The position numbers and the translations under genes were made by a program. The notes beneath the pieces are model-generated. The model ran no database searches, was not told where the DNA came from, and saw only the letters and a list, made by a program, of their open reading frames with translations. Source: Candidatus Uhrbacteria bacterium (GTDB taxonomy: Bacteria > Patescibacteriota > Patescibacteriia > UBA9934). From it: a stretch of DNA of 64,000 bases. This document shows, one piece after another, positions 38,485 to 47,471 of the stretch. Every line of letters begins with the position of its first letter. Position 1 is the stretch's first letter. Location: NCBI GenBank assembly GCA_943359325.1, contig CALRHD010000003.1, positions 12,081-76,080 on the forward strand, written 5' to 3'.

Positions 38485-38512
38485 CCACACGACGGGTGGC
38501 TAAACCACACGC
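38471..38512. repeat. REP-like palindrome doublet (right flank)
   Basis: GTGTGGTTTAGCCACAC-GACGG-GTGGCTAAACCACAC. Encodes the transposase stop codon. Confidence 0.65.
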
Positions 38513-38551
38513 AAACAAAAATGAGGCGTTTGGCCTCATTTTGTTTCCTGC

Positions 38552-38824
38552 TTACTTTACGTGGACGAATGTTCGTAGCTTGAGCGCACCAGTAAAGTCT
38601 GGCATTTTTTTCTTCATGAAATGCACAATACCATTCGTGCAGGCGTAGAGTGTGTCGTCCTTACCGATCTTGACGCCAACCCCAGGGTGCATTTTTGTGC
38701 CGCGCTGACGCACAAGAATTTCACCTGAAAGCACCTTGGTGCCGTCCGAGCGTTTTACGCCGAGTCGTTTTGCAACGGAATCTCGGCCGTTGGTTGTAGA
38801 GCCCTGCGCTTTTTTATGTGCCAT
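38552..38824 (-). CDS. rpmA: 50S ribosomal protein L27
   Basis: [28 protein letters not shown] matches the L27 consensus. Confidence 0.9.
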   Translation of the reverse strand: MAHKKAQGSTTNGRDSVAKRLGVKRSDGTKVLSGEILVRQRGTKMHPGVGVKIGKDDTLYACTNGIVHFMKKKMPDFTGALKLRTFVHVK

Positions 38825-38834
38825 ATGTTTAAAA

Positions 38835-38990
38835 CCTGCCCAAGTTGGTCATCTGCGTTGTCGCTTTTCCGGTTCTCGCTCACCGTAGGATTACCTACGC
38901 CTCGCTTCGATCCTCGTCGCTCCTAGCATCTGAGCCAACTTAGCAGGTTTTAATTAGTAAGTTTGTGAGAATACTAGCCTACACGCGGTT
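38835..38990 (-). promoter_or_regulatory. Candidate structured 5' leader or promoter region upstream of rpmA
   Basis: On the minus strand, a long closing stem AACCTGCTAAGTTGG ... CCAACTTGGGCAGGTT encloses ~100 nt. The region is divergent from the Nfu-like gene. Confidence 0.3.
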
Positions 38991-39025
38991 TGTCGTCAAG
39001 TCGACGGCGTGGTACACTTAGAGAC

Positions 39026-39250
39026 ATGGAAACCCCACTTGAAGCTGTTTTGCGGGAGATTGGTGAGTGTTTACAACTGCATGCGGGCGGCATTGAGCTT
39101 GTCGACTTTTCAGAGGAAACGGGTGATGTGCGTGTTCGGCTCGTCGGAACCTGTGGACACTGCCCACTTGCGGCATTCACCCTTTCTCATACCGTGACGC
39201 TCGCTCTAAAAGAACGCTTGCCGTGGGTCAAGAATGTTATTGCCATGTAA
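39026..39250 (+). CDS. NifU-like (Nfu) Fe-S cluster assembly domain protein
   Basis: METPLEAVLREIGE ... LVGTCGHCP matches the NifU C-terminal domain pattern (CxxC). Confidence 0.65.
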   Translation: METPLEAVLREIGECLQLHAGGIELVDFSEETGDVRVRLVGTCGHCPLAAFTLSHTVTLALKERLPWVKNVIAM

Positions 39251-39284
39251 TGTGCCACTTTTTCATCGCCACAATTTTCGAGAC

Positions 39285-39635
39285 ATGATGCGAGTGCCAT
39301 TGGTTCGTTTTGCAGGAATTTTTTCGGTCGTCTGTTTGCTGTCGGGCGTGCTCGTCATTGCAATCGCACTTTTTCCTGCGGCACTCACCGCGCCAGTCGT
39401 TTCTCTCCACTATAATATCCATTTCGGTGTTGACGCGGTCGGTGCGTGGTGGCGACTGTTTGTGCCGACAGCGCTCGGTGTGGTGTTGACGCTCGGCAAT
39501 TTTTGGTATGCAGCTCGTGTATGGCAGCGCGAACACGTTATTGCGTACGCATTTCTTGTTGCAACCGTACTTATCAACATTTTCGTTCTCCTTCACATCG
39601 TCTGTATTGTTCTTTTGAACCTTTCGTATGGTTGA
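39285..39635 (+). CDS. Membrane protein (hypothetical)
   Basis: Three TM helices. The ORF extends upstream to 39234. Confidence 0.45.
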   Translation: MMRVPLVRFAGIFSVVCLLSGVLVIAIALFPAALTAPVVSLHYNIHFGVDAVGAWWRLFVPTALGVVLTLGNFWYAARVWQREHVIAYAFLVATVLINIFVLLHIVCIVLLNLSYG

Positions 39636-40698
39636 TGTGTTCGTGTTGAGCAAAATCCTTGCGCTTGCAACCATTTCCTCGGTGGTTGCATTTGCATGGA
39701 CTCCTGCGTTGACGCACTTTTTGTACAAATATAAAATGGGCAAATCTATTCGTAGCGCCGTTCATGCACCACTCTTTGCAAAAATGCACGCAAAAAAAGC
39801 GGGGGTGCCAACCATGGGCGGTCTCCTCATGTGGGTGACGCCGCTTGTACTTGCATTTTTCTTTTTCGGTGTACACGTACTGTTTCCTGATTCGGTTATT
39901 GGAAGCCTCAACTTTTTGTCGCGCTCGCAAACGTGGTTGCCACTTGCCGCACTTGTTGCCGCAGGCGTTGTTGGCCTTGCGGACGATTTTCTCAATGTGC
40001 GCGGAATCGGTTCACATGGTGGTGGCATTCACATTCGTCATCGTCTTGTGCTGTATACCATAATCGCCGCAATCGGTGCGTGGTGGTTTTACACAAAACT
40101 CGACTGGAATTCGTTGCACATTCCGTTCGTCGGCGACGTTACAATCGGCTGGTGGTACGTTCCGCTGTTTATCGGCGTTCTTGTGTTGACGTCATTTTCT
40201 GTCAATCAAACCGACGGCCTCGACGGGCTTGCGGGCGGTACGCTTGCATCGGCGTTTGGTGCATATGCGGTCATTGCACTCTTACAGGGACGTGTCGACT
40301 TGGCAGCATTCTGTGCGGTGATCATGGGTGCGCTCTTCGCGTTTCTGTGGTTCAACATTTTTCCTGCCCGATTTATGATGGGCGACACGGGTGCGATGTC
40401 GCTTGGTGTGACGCTCGGCGTCGTCGCAATGCTCACCGACTCCGCTCTTCTTCTGCCCTTCATCGGCATTGTGTTTGTGCTCGAGGCGGTGACAACGGTC
40501 ATACAGATCGTGTCGAAAAAAGTTTTTGGTCGAAAAGTTTTTCTCATCGCACCCATTCATCACCATTTTGAAGCGAAAGGCTGGCCAGAACCAAAAGTCG
40601 TTATGCGTTTTTGGTTGTTGTCTTGTATTGGGGCGTCGCTCGGACTCATCATCGCGCTTCTTGACGCCGCCGTGCTCGGAAGTGCCGTGCCACTATGA
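39628..40698 (+). CDS. mraY: Phospho-N-acetylmuramoyl-pentapeptide transferase
   Basis: NQTDGLDGLAGG and PARFMMGDTGAMSLG motifs. Confidence 0.9.
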   Translation: MVDVFVLSKILALATISSVVAFAWTPALTHFLYKYKMGKSIRSAVHAPLFAKMHAKKAGVPTMGGLLMWVTPLVLAFFFFGVHVLFPDSVIGSLNFLSRSQTWLPLAALVAAGVVGLADDFLNVRGIGSHGGGIHIRHRLVLYTIIAAIGAWWFYTKLDWNSLHIPFVGDVTIGWWYVPLFIGVLVLTSFSVNQTDGLDGLAGGTLASAFGAYAVIALLQGRVDLAAFCAVIMGALFAFLWFNIFPARFMMGDTGAMSLGVTLGVVAMLTDSALLLPFIGIVFVLEAVTTVIQIVSKKVFGRKVFLIAPIHHHFEAKGWPEPKVVMRFWLLSCIGASLGLIIALLDAAVLGSAVPL

Positions 40699-41801
40699 TG
40701 CATAAAGGGGAGGGAATGGATCGCGGGTTCCTTATGTTGCTTGGCGGACTGATTCTTTTTGGATTCGTCATGCTTGCGTCGGCGTCGTACCCGTTGGCAC
40801 TCGATCGTTTCCACAACGGATATTATTTTGTCATTCACCAGGCTATTTTTGGACTGTTGCCTGGCGCAGCAGGATTTTTTCTTGCGTATAAAATTCCGTA
40901 TGGGTGGTATCGACGTTACGCAGGCGTCATGCTGGTTATTTCGCTCATCTTGCTCGTTCTCGTCTTTATTCCCGGCCTCGGGCTTTCGTATGGTGGTTCG
41001 CGCAGTTGGATCTCACTCGGGGCATTTTCGCTCCAGCCGTCGGAATTAGTAAAATTGACGTTTCTTTTTTACCTTGCTGCGTGGCTCGAAAAACGTTCGG
41101 CGCATGAGCTGCACGACTTTTCACAGGGTGTGCTGCCGTTTTTATGCGTGCTCGGTGCCGTTGCGCTGCTCCTCATTCAACAGCCCGACACAGGGACGAT
41201 GGCGATCATCGTCGCCATGGCGCTCTGCACATATTTTTCTGCAGGCGCGCCACTCAAATACTTAGCGCTTTTTGGTGCACTCGGTGCGTCACTCCTTGCG
41301 CTCCTCATAAAATTGACGCCATATCGCGCCGACCGCTTGATGACATTTTTGCACCCTGAACTCGATCCGCTGGGCGTTGGCTATCACATTAACCAAGCCT
41401 TGCTTGCCATCGGTAGCGGCGGCATATTCGGCCGCGGCTATGGGCATTCGTTACAAAAATTTCAGTATTTGCCCGAAGTCGCAGGTGACTCCATCTTCGC
41501 GGTGATCGGCGAAGAACTTGGCCTCGTATTTACTGTCCTGTTTCTCGCGCTATACGCTGCGTTTCTCCTTCGTGGACTCCGCATTGCCGAACATGCACCT
41601 GACGCGTTCAGTCGTTACCTCGTTGTTGGCGTCATGGCATGGCTTGGTGCACAGGCAATCGTCAATATCGGCGCCATGGTTGGCCTTCTGCCGATTACCG
41701 GCGTACCGCTTCCTCTGGTAAGCTATGGGGGAACCGCACTTGCCGTCACCATGACCGCACTCGGCGTCGTTGCGAATGTGTCGCGTAAACAGAAGATGTA
41801 A
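40695..41801 (+). CDS. ftsW: SEDS-family peptidoglycan glycosyltransferase FtsW/RodA
   Basis: 10-TM SEDS pattern with the PDTGTMAII motif. ATGA overlap with mraY. Confidence 0.9.
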   Translation: MMHKGEGMDRGFLMLLGGLILFGFVMLASASYPLALDRFHNGYYFVIHQAIFGLLPGAAGFFLAYKIPYGWYRRYAGVMLVISLILLVLVFIPGLGLSYGGSRSWISLGAFSLQPSELVKLTFLFYLAAWLEKRSAHELHDFSQGVLPFLCVLGAVALLLIQQPDTGTMAIIVAMALCTYFSAGAPLKYLALFGALGASLLALLIKLTPYRADRLMTFLHPELDPLGVGYHINQALLAIGSGGIFGRGYGHSLQKFQYLPEVAGDSIFAVIGEELGLVFTVLFLALYAAFLLRGLRIAEHAPDAFSRYLVVGVMAWLGAQAIVNIGAMVGLLPITGVPLPLVSYGGTALAVTMTALGVVANVSRKQKM

Positions 41802-41810
41802 TCTGTCGCT

Positions 41811-42878
41811 ATGCCTCCATCACATCACTTTTTAATGACGGGAGGTGGGACGCTCGGGAGCGTTACGCCGCTTTTGGCGGTGGCGGAGGAAATGCGGAAG
41901 CGTGATGTGCATACAACAATTTCGTGGGTGGGAACGCCGAGCGGGCCAGAACGGCTTGTCGTCGAGAGCAGTCGGATTGCATTTTACGCGCTCGCAGCAC
42001 CGAAGCTCGATAGGTATCGCAAATGGCGATGGCCGGGTATTCCGTTTGGCATGGTGGCGAGTGTGGTGCGCGCAATAAGGTTGTTGCGTTTGTTGCGACC
42101 CGACATGGTATTTTCGGCAGGGTCGTATGTGAGCATCCCCGTTGTCATCGCTGCATTTGTGCTTCGTATTCCCGTCTGGCTCCATCAGTTGGACGTTGTG
42201 CCCGGCGTTGCGTCAAAAATTATGGCGCGATTCGCCACAAAGGTGAGTGTCACGTTTGAAGAAACGGCAGCGTGTTTTTCCAAAAAGAAAACCATTGTTG
42301 TGGGTGGCATGGTACGGGCGCTATTGCGACAAGGCGAGAAAGACATTGCGATGAAGCGCTATGGTTTCGACGCGACAAAGCCGACGCTGCTCGTCATGGG
42401 CGGCGGAACGGGCGCGGCGCAGATTAACGATGCGTTCGTGACGTTGCGGCATGAACTCACGACGCACATGAACATCCTTCACCTCGTCGGCCGCGGCAAA
42501 ATGCTTGCCGTTCTTGAAGAACACGGGCCGAATTATGCGGCGATCGAATTTTTGAACGAAGGCATGGGCGACGCGTATGCTGCGGCCGATGTTGTGGTGT
42601 GTCGCTCCGGACTCGGCACGATTTGTGAACTTGCGGCGCTAGGGAAGCCTGCGATTATCATCCCGTTCCATTCGTTCGAAATGGCGAATGCGCACGTGCT
42701 CGAAGATCGAAATGCCGCTGAAGTGTTGTGGTATGTAACGCCGCAGATTATTGGACAGGCGGTTATGCGACTTTTTGAGCGTCCAGAACGCCGCGCGGAA
42801 TTGTCAAAAAACATTCGTGCATTGTTCGCATTGAATGGGGACGAGCGGATTGCTCACGAGGTATTAGCGATTTTGTAG
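41811..42878 (+). CDS. murG: Undecaprenyldiphospho-muramoylpentapeptide beta-N-acetylglucosaminyltransferase
   Basis: GT28 N-terminus MTGGGTLGSVTPLLAV and C-terminal domain. Confidence 0.85.
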   Translation: MPPSHHFLMTGGGTLGSVTPLLAVAEEMRKRDVHTTISWVGTPSGPERLVVESSRIAFYALAAPKLDRYRKWRWPGIPFGMVASVVRAIRLLRLLRPDMVFSAGSYVSIPVVIAAFVLRIPVWLHQLDVVPGVASKIMARFATKVSVTFEETAACFSKKKTIVVGGMVRALLRQGEKDIAMKRYGFDATKPTLLVMGGGTGAAQINDAFVTLRHELTTHMNILHLVGRGKMLAVLEEHGPNYAAIEFLNEGMGDAYAAADVVVCRSGLGTICELAALGKPAIIIPFHSFEMANAHVLEDRNAAEVLWYVTPQIIGQAVMRLFERPERRAELSKNIRALFALNGDERIAHEVLAIL

Positions 42879-42915
42879 AAAATGTTAAAATTGTAGAAGA
42901 TGTAGAACGGCCATT

Positions 42916-43182
42916 ATGCATGAATCATCCCTAAAGCCATTTTGGATCGGACTTGTGTTGATGCTTGCAGGCGTCGGCCTTATCTACTGGAGTTTTTCGA
43001 GTCATCGGAGAGGTGCGGAAGATGCTGCACCTATTGACTCTAAGATCGGTGACAACGATGTCGTTTGCGTACAGGTCATAACACCTGCGAAAAATCCCGC
43101 AACAGGCGAGGTTGTTGACTATCCCACGCCATGCGATGTGCCTGATGGGTGGGAGGCGCTGGATCGGGAGATGACCGAATAG
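42916..43182 (+). CDS. Small membrane-anchored protein (hypothetical)
   Basis: 88 aa with an N-terminal TM helix. Confidence 0.45.
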   Translation: MHESSLKPFWIGLVLMLAGVGLIYWSFSSHRRGAEDAAPIDSKIGDNDVVCVQVITPAKNPATGEVVDYPTPCDVPDGWEALDREMTE

Positions 43183-43213
43183 ATTTGCCATTATTGGCAC
43201 ATCAGGTAAACTT

Positions 43214-43561
43214 GTGACATATATGTTTAATTACCTCATGTATCGGGTTGCACAAGGATTGAGAGGTTTTGGATATCAGTTTCACGAAGAGAGAGATGTT
43301 CGTGTGCAAAAAATGCGTGAAGTTATTGAACGGGTGGAGGGTATCAAATTTCATATCGAAAATGCTGATGACGGTACATGGGTTGCGGAGTCCACAAATA
43401 TAGATGGTATTATCACTGGCGGAAACAATTATCCGGATGACGTTAACATTCAGATTCGAGATGCTATTTTTACGTATTTTGGAATTCCATCCCATCTATG
43501 TAATCCTACTTTAGTTGCTCGCGAAAATGAAGCATCGGTAGAGCAGCGTGTTTATGCCTAG
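43214..43561 (+). CDS. hicB: HicB-like antitoxin (UPF0150 fold)
   Basis: IKFHIENADDGTWVAESTNIDGIITGGNNYPDDVNIQIRDAIFTYFG resembles the HicB N-domain. The gene is AT-rich compared with its neighbours. Confidence 0.55.
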   Translation: MTYMFNYLMYRVAQGLRGFGYQFHEERDVRVQKMREVIERVEGIKFHIENADDGTWVAESTNIDGIITGGNNYPDDVNIQIRDAIFTYFGIPSHLCNPTLVARENEASVEQRVYA

Positions 43562-43595
43562 CCGGAGTTTGGCGGATATTACATAGCGACAATGG

Positions 43596-43790
43596 ATGCG
43601 AACATGTGAAAAGCTTGGACTGATTGTTGACGCACGCAGAGGGAACGGAAGCCATGTCTTAATTTGTCACCCAACAGATGGCTCACGATATACGTTACAG
43701 TATAAACTTCATAAGGGCATTAATGAGAAGATTTTCAAGAAACTGATGTCGTGGGGATTCTCGGAAGAAAAAATTTGGGAGAATTTATAA
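43596..43790 (+). CDS. hicA: HicA-like mRNA interferase toxin
   Basis: CEKLGLIVDARRGNGSHVLICHPTDGSRYTLQYKLHKG matches the HicA/YcfA pattern (R.G.GSH ... HP). Confidence 0.6.
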   Translation: MRTCEKLGLIVDARRGNGSHVLICHPTDGSRYTLQYKLHKGINEKIFKKLMSWGFSEEKIWENL

Positions 43791-43810
43791 AAATCGTTGA
43801 CACAAAAAAA

Positions 43811-43836
43811 CCTCAACCGAAGTTGAAGGATTTTTT
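43811..43836 (+). terminator. Rho-independent terminator
   Basis: CCTCAACCGAAGTTGAAGG followed by TTTTTT. Confidence 0.55.
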
Positions 43837-43910
43837 GGTGCGCCGGGCGGGGATCGGACCCGCGACCTTGGGCTTAAAAGGCCCCTGCTCTACCACTGAG
43901 CTACCGGCGC
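43837..43910 (-). tRNA. tRNA-Lys (anticodon TTT)
   Basis: Cloverleaf with acceptor GCGCCGG/CCGGCGC, anticodon loop CTTTTAA and encoded CCA. The T-loop is atypical (TCCGATC, C at position 55). Confidence 0.75.
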
Positions 43911-44027
43911 ATTTATGTATCTATGGCGGGCAGATAATAACACTTTGCTACGAAAAAAATCAATAGCGAGAGGTTCGGTTGACGAAATCATATATTCGGC
44001 TATGCTCAGCATACACCTGAGGGTTTC

Positions 44028-44456
44028 ATGTCTCTTCCGACGTTTTCACTCGACAGTGTCGATTCGCGCATTGCACCGTTCCTCCTGTATCTCGTGCAGT
44101 TCGGCATTCTCGGTCCTGGATTGTCGAAGTTGCGTCTCGAGCGCCTCGAGCTCTCGGAGCATGTGTGGAACACGAACAACATGCCACCACCGTGTGACGC
44201 CTATGTCTGGAATTGTGTGGTCGAGAGTGCGCGGAGATGGGCCGATCCCGAGCGCATGAATCTCCTCACGAATCGTGTAGAGGAGATGGAGACGAGTCAG
44301 CGGATTGCGAAAGCGGTCGTCGCCATCGCAATCGCCCATTGGCCGTCAGACGACGTTCACGCACTCCGCGTTTCACTTGGTCGCTTTCACTACGACGTTC
44401 ATAAGAACGGCGCATGCGTCGGCCCGTCGAGCATCGACCTTCGTTCAGCCGCCTAG
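44028..44456 (+). CDS. Hypothetical protein
   Basis: 142-aa ORF with codon usage like its neighbours and no recognisable motif. It lies between tRNA-Lys and murD. Confidence 0.35.
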   Translation: MSLPTFSLDSVDSRIAPFLLYLVQFGILGPGLSKLRLERLELSEHVWNTNNMPPPCDAYVWNCVVESARRWADPERMNLLTNRVEEMETSQRIAKAVVAIAIAHWPSDDVHALRVSLGRFHYDVHKNGACVGPSSIDLRSAA

Positions 44457-44503
44457 CTACTCGCCTCAACGCCATTCCGGAAAGAGTGGCGCTTTGTTTC
44501 CCG

Positions 44504-44512
44504 TGGTATACT
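44504..44512 (+). promoter_or_regulatory. Extended -10 (TGgTATACT), 9 nt before the murD ATG (leaderless)
   Basis: cgTGGTATACTgtgcgtattATG. Confidence 0.4.
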
Positions 44513-44521
44513 GTGCGTATT

Positions 44522-45976
44522 ATGAACCTCTCAAAAATCGAGAATTTTCAGGACGCCATAGTGACGGTTATGGGGCTGGGGCGGTACTCTCAGGGGAGTG
44601 GTCTTGGGGCGACGAAATGGCTGTTGCGGCACGGCGCGCAAACAGTTATTACTGACCTTAAAGACGCCGCCGAACTAAAGGAGTCTGTTGACTTGGTTAT
44701 GGACTGGCATGCGAAATATCGTGCGCAGTTTCCGAACCGCACCATTTACCAACCGTTGTTCATTCTTGGCCAGCATCGGCAGGAGGACTTTGTGAACGTC
44801 GATTGCGTGGTACAGAACCCCGGCGTGCCGAGTGAATCAGAATTCGTTGTTGCGGCACGGGAGAAGGGCGTAGCAATTGAGAGTGACGTGAGTTTGTTTT
44901 TCCGTTTTTATCCGCATCCGATTATTGCAGTGACGGGAACACGCGGCAAAACAACGACGACGATGTTGACGGGTGCAATGTTGAAGAAACTTGACCCACA
45001 GGCAATCATTGCAGGCAACGTCAAAGTGTCGCCGCTCGAATCGCTCGACGACTTGCTTGTGCGAAAGGAACCGACGCCTGTGGTGCTCGAATTGTCGTCG
45101 TGGCTGCTTGAAAGCATGCCGCAAGCGTTGAAGGATTTGAAACAAGGTCCCGACATTGCTGTGTTCACGAATGCGTTCCCTGACCATCTCAATCGTTACG
45201 CAAGCTACGAGGATTACATAAAGTCAAAAGAAATTATTTTCGAGTTTCAGACGCCCGAACAGTTTACGGTGCTCAATTTCGATAACGACATTGTGCGGGG
45301 CATGGAGTCACGAGTGAAAGGAAAACTATTTTGGTGCTCGAAAACGTACATGGAAAAAAATGGGTGCTATGTGAAGGACGGCGTCGTGGTGTTTCGACGC
45401 GATGGTGCAGATACCGCGTTGGTGTCGACTTCGGAGATTGGTTTGCAGGGCGAACATAATCTTGAAAATGTATTGACCAGTGCGTGTGCGGCCCTGCTTC
45501 GCGGCGTTGCGGTTGACGCGGTGTGCGACGTATTGCGAACATTCAAAGGTGTGGATGACCGGCAGGAATTGGTGCGTGAAGTCGATGAAATAAGTTATGT
45601 GAACGACACGACTGCAACGTCGCCCGACGCGGTTGTTGCGGCGCTCAAACGCTTCGGCGGAAAGGACGATATTATTCTTATTTGCGGCGGTGAAGATAAA
45701 AAGTTGGACTTTACTCCAATGATCGCAGCCATTCCCCCAACATGCAAGGTGGTTATTCTATTTCCTGGTTCTGCAAGCGACGTCATCGAGCCCAGCATTC
45801 TCGGTAAAGTCACTATCGACCACGCAGCGAACATGAAAGAGGCGGTGCAAAAGGCGCGTGCCGTTGCCACTCGTGGTGACATTGTGCTGCTTTCTCCCGG
45901 TGCGGCGAGTTTTAACATGTTCAAAAATGAGTTCGATCGGGGCGAGCAGTTCCGCGAGGAGGTAAGGAATTTGTAG
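44522..45976 (+). CDS. murD: UDP-N-acetylmuramoylalanine--D-glutamate ligase
   Basis: Mur ligase P-loop VTGTRGKTTTTML and a MurD-like N-terminal Rossmann domain (VMGLGRYSQGSG). Confidence 0.8.
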   Translation: MNLSKIENFQDAIVTVMGLGRYSQGSGLGATKWLLRHGAQTVITDLKDAAELKESVDLVMDWHAKYRAQFPNRTIYQPLFILGQHRQEDFVNVDCVVQNPGVPSESEFVVAAREKGVAIESDVSLFFRFYPHPIIAVTGTRGKTTTTMLTGAMLKKLDPQAIIAGNVKVSPLESLDDLLVRKEPTPVVLELSSWLLESMPQALKDLKQGPDIAVFTNAFPDHLNRYASYEDYIKSKEIIFEFQTPEQFTVLNFDNDIVRGMESRVKGKLFWCSKTYMEKNGCYVKDGVVVFRRDGADTALVSTSEIGLQGEHNLENVLTSACAALLRGVAVDAVCDVLRTFKGVDDRQELVREVDEISYVNDTTATSPDAVVAALKRFGGKDDIILICGGEDKKLDFTPMIAAIPPTCKVVILFPGSASDVIEPSILGKVTIDHAANMKEAVQKARAVATRGDIVLLSPGAASFNMFKNEFDRGEQFREEVRNL

Positions 45977-46160
45977 CAACTATTTCGCTCCCTGCGCCGC
46001 TCGGGTACGTTTCCCCGACATCGTGGAGGAGCACTCTTACGATCGTCGAATTTATTCCTGCATGGAGTCGACGACTGAATCGTGCTATTTCCTCCACGAG
46101 TCGTGAAAAGTACCACTCGCGGCTTGGTCGCTCCAGTGAGTCTGCTCATTACCTCACATT

Positions 46161-47471
46161 ATGCCTCTCATCCACACACTAAAACAAAAAATTCCGCCGT
46201 CATGGCTCCAGCCATATCATTTTGTGTTGGCGTTGGCGGCGGCGGTGGTGTATGGCAACCCGTCGAGAAAGTTGACGGTGATTGGTGTGACAGGAACAAA
46301 AGGCAAGTCGTCCACCGTGCAAATGATTGCGCAATTATTAACGGCACTCGGTGAGAAAGTGGGGTATACATCGACGGCAGGATTTGCAATTGACGGTCGC
46401 GTCATCGAAAACAGAATGAAAATGACGATGCCTGGAAGATTTTTTTTGCAGCGTATGTTGGCGGACATGGTGAAAGCGCAGTGTCGCTACGCCGTTATTG
46501 AAACATCGTCGCAAGGAATTGTGCAGTATAGGCACGTTGGCATTCACTACAACGTCGTCGTATTTACAAATTTAACGCCAGAACATATTGAGTCGCATGG
46601 CGGATTTGCGGCGTATCGGGCGGCTAAGGCGAAGCTGTTTCTGCGGCGTCCTGACGTCATCGTCACGAATGCCGATGATGAACATGGAGCTTTTTTTGGC
46701 GCGCTTCCTGCAGGGCGTCATGTAGAGTATGGCTGGGGGCCGTCGAACAGCCTTCAGCACCAGACTTCAGACACCCAACGTGAGATAATGCCGACGAATG
46801 TGACGCGGGACGGTGGCGGGCTGCATATGGCAATCGACGGTGTGCAGTTTGACGTGCCACTTTTGTCGATGTTCGAGCAGCAAAATGCGTTGTGTGCGAT
46901 TGCGGTGCTTCGCGGGCTTGATTTTCCGCTTGAAAAACTTTCGATTGCGGCATCAACGTTACAGTCTGTTCCAGGACGATTCGAGCGCATTGCGTGTGGC
47001 CAGCCGTTTAGCGTCATCGTCGACTATGCATATGAGCCTGCGTCGATTGCGGCGTTGTTGGCGTCGGTCAAACACCTCGGCGCAAAACGCATTATTGGCG
47101 TACACGGCTCGGCGGGCGGAGGGCGTGACGTCGCACGACGTACAGAAATTGGGAAACTCGCGGGGCGCGAAGAAGACATTGTCGTGGTGACGAACGAAGA
47201 TCCGTACGACGATAATCCTGCCGACATCATTCTTGCCGTTGCCGACGGTGCGCGGAGCGTTGGCAAGAAAGATGGCGTCGATCTTTTCACATTCGCTGAC
47301 AGGCAAGAGGCGATAGACTTTGCGGTGGCACACGCAGGACAAGGTGACGTAGTGTTGGTGACGGGCAAGGGTTCGGAGACGGTTATGGTAGTCGCGGGCG
47401 GCAAAAAAATCGCATGGGACGACCGCGTTTCTGTGCGGAACGCGCTTGCAAAACAAGGATTTGGGCTATGA
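46161..47471 (+). CDS. murE: UDP-N-acetylmuramoyl-tripeptide (diaminopimelate/lysine-adding) ligase
   Basis: GVTGTKGKSST P-loop, TPEHIESHGGFAAYRAAKAKLF, and DYAYEP in place of the MurE DNPR/DYAHTPDAL region. Confidence 0.75.
   Translation: MPLIHTLKQKIPPSWLQPYHFVLALAAAVVYGNPSRKLTVIGVTGTKGKSSTVQMIAQLLTALGEKVGYTSTAGFAIDGRVIENRMKMTMPGRFFLQRMLADMVKAQCRYAVIETSSQGIVQYRHVGIHYNVVVFTNLTPEHIESHGGFAAYRAAKAKLFLRRPDVIVTNADDEHGAFFGALPAGRHVEYGWGPSNSLQHQTSDTQREIMPTNVTRDGGGLHMAIDGVQFDVPLLSMFEQQNALCAIAVLRGLDFPLEKLSIAASTLQSVPGRFERIACGQPFSVIVDYAYEPASIAALLASVKHLGAKRIIGVHGSAGGGRDVARRTEIGKLAGREEDIVVVTNEDPYDDNPADIILAVADGARSVGKKDGVDLFTFADRQEAIDFAVAHAGQGDVVLVTGKGSETVMVVAGGKKIAWDDRVSVRNALAKQGFGL

Larger units (their letters stand above)
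37756..38512 (+). mobile_element. REP-flanked IS200-like/RAYT unit
   Basis: Y1 transposase gene bounded on both sides by homologous REP doublets. Confidence 0.55.

Noticed and set aside
44046-44339. Minus-strand ORF 44046..44339 as an alternative to + strand 44028..44456
   Set aside because: The + strand ORF is longer, has neighbour-like codon usage and fits between the tRNA terminator and the murD promoter. Neither has recognisable motifs, so the + ORF is kept at low confidence only.
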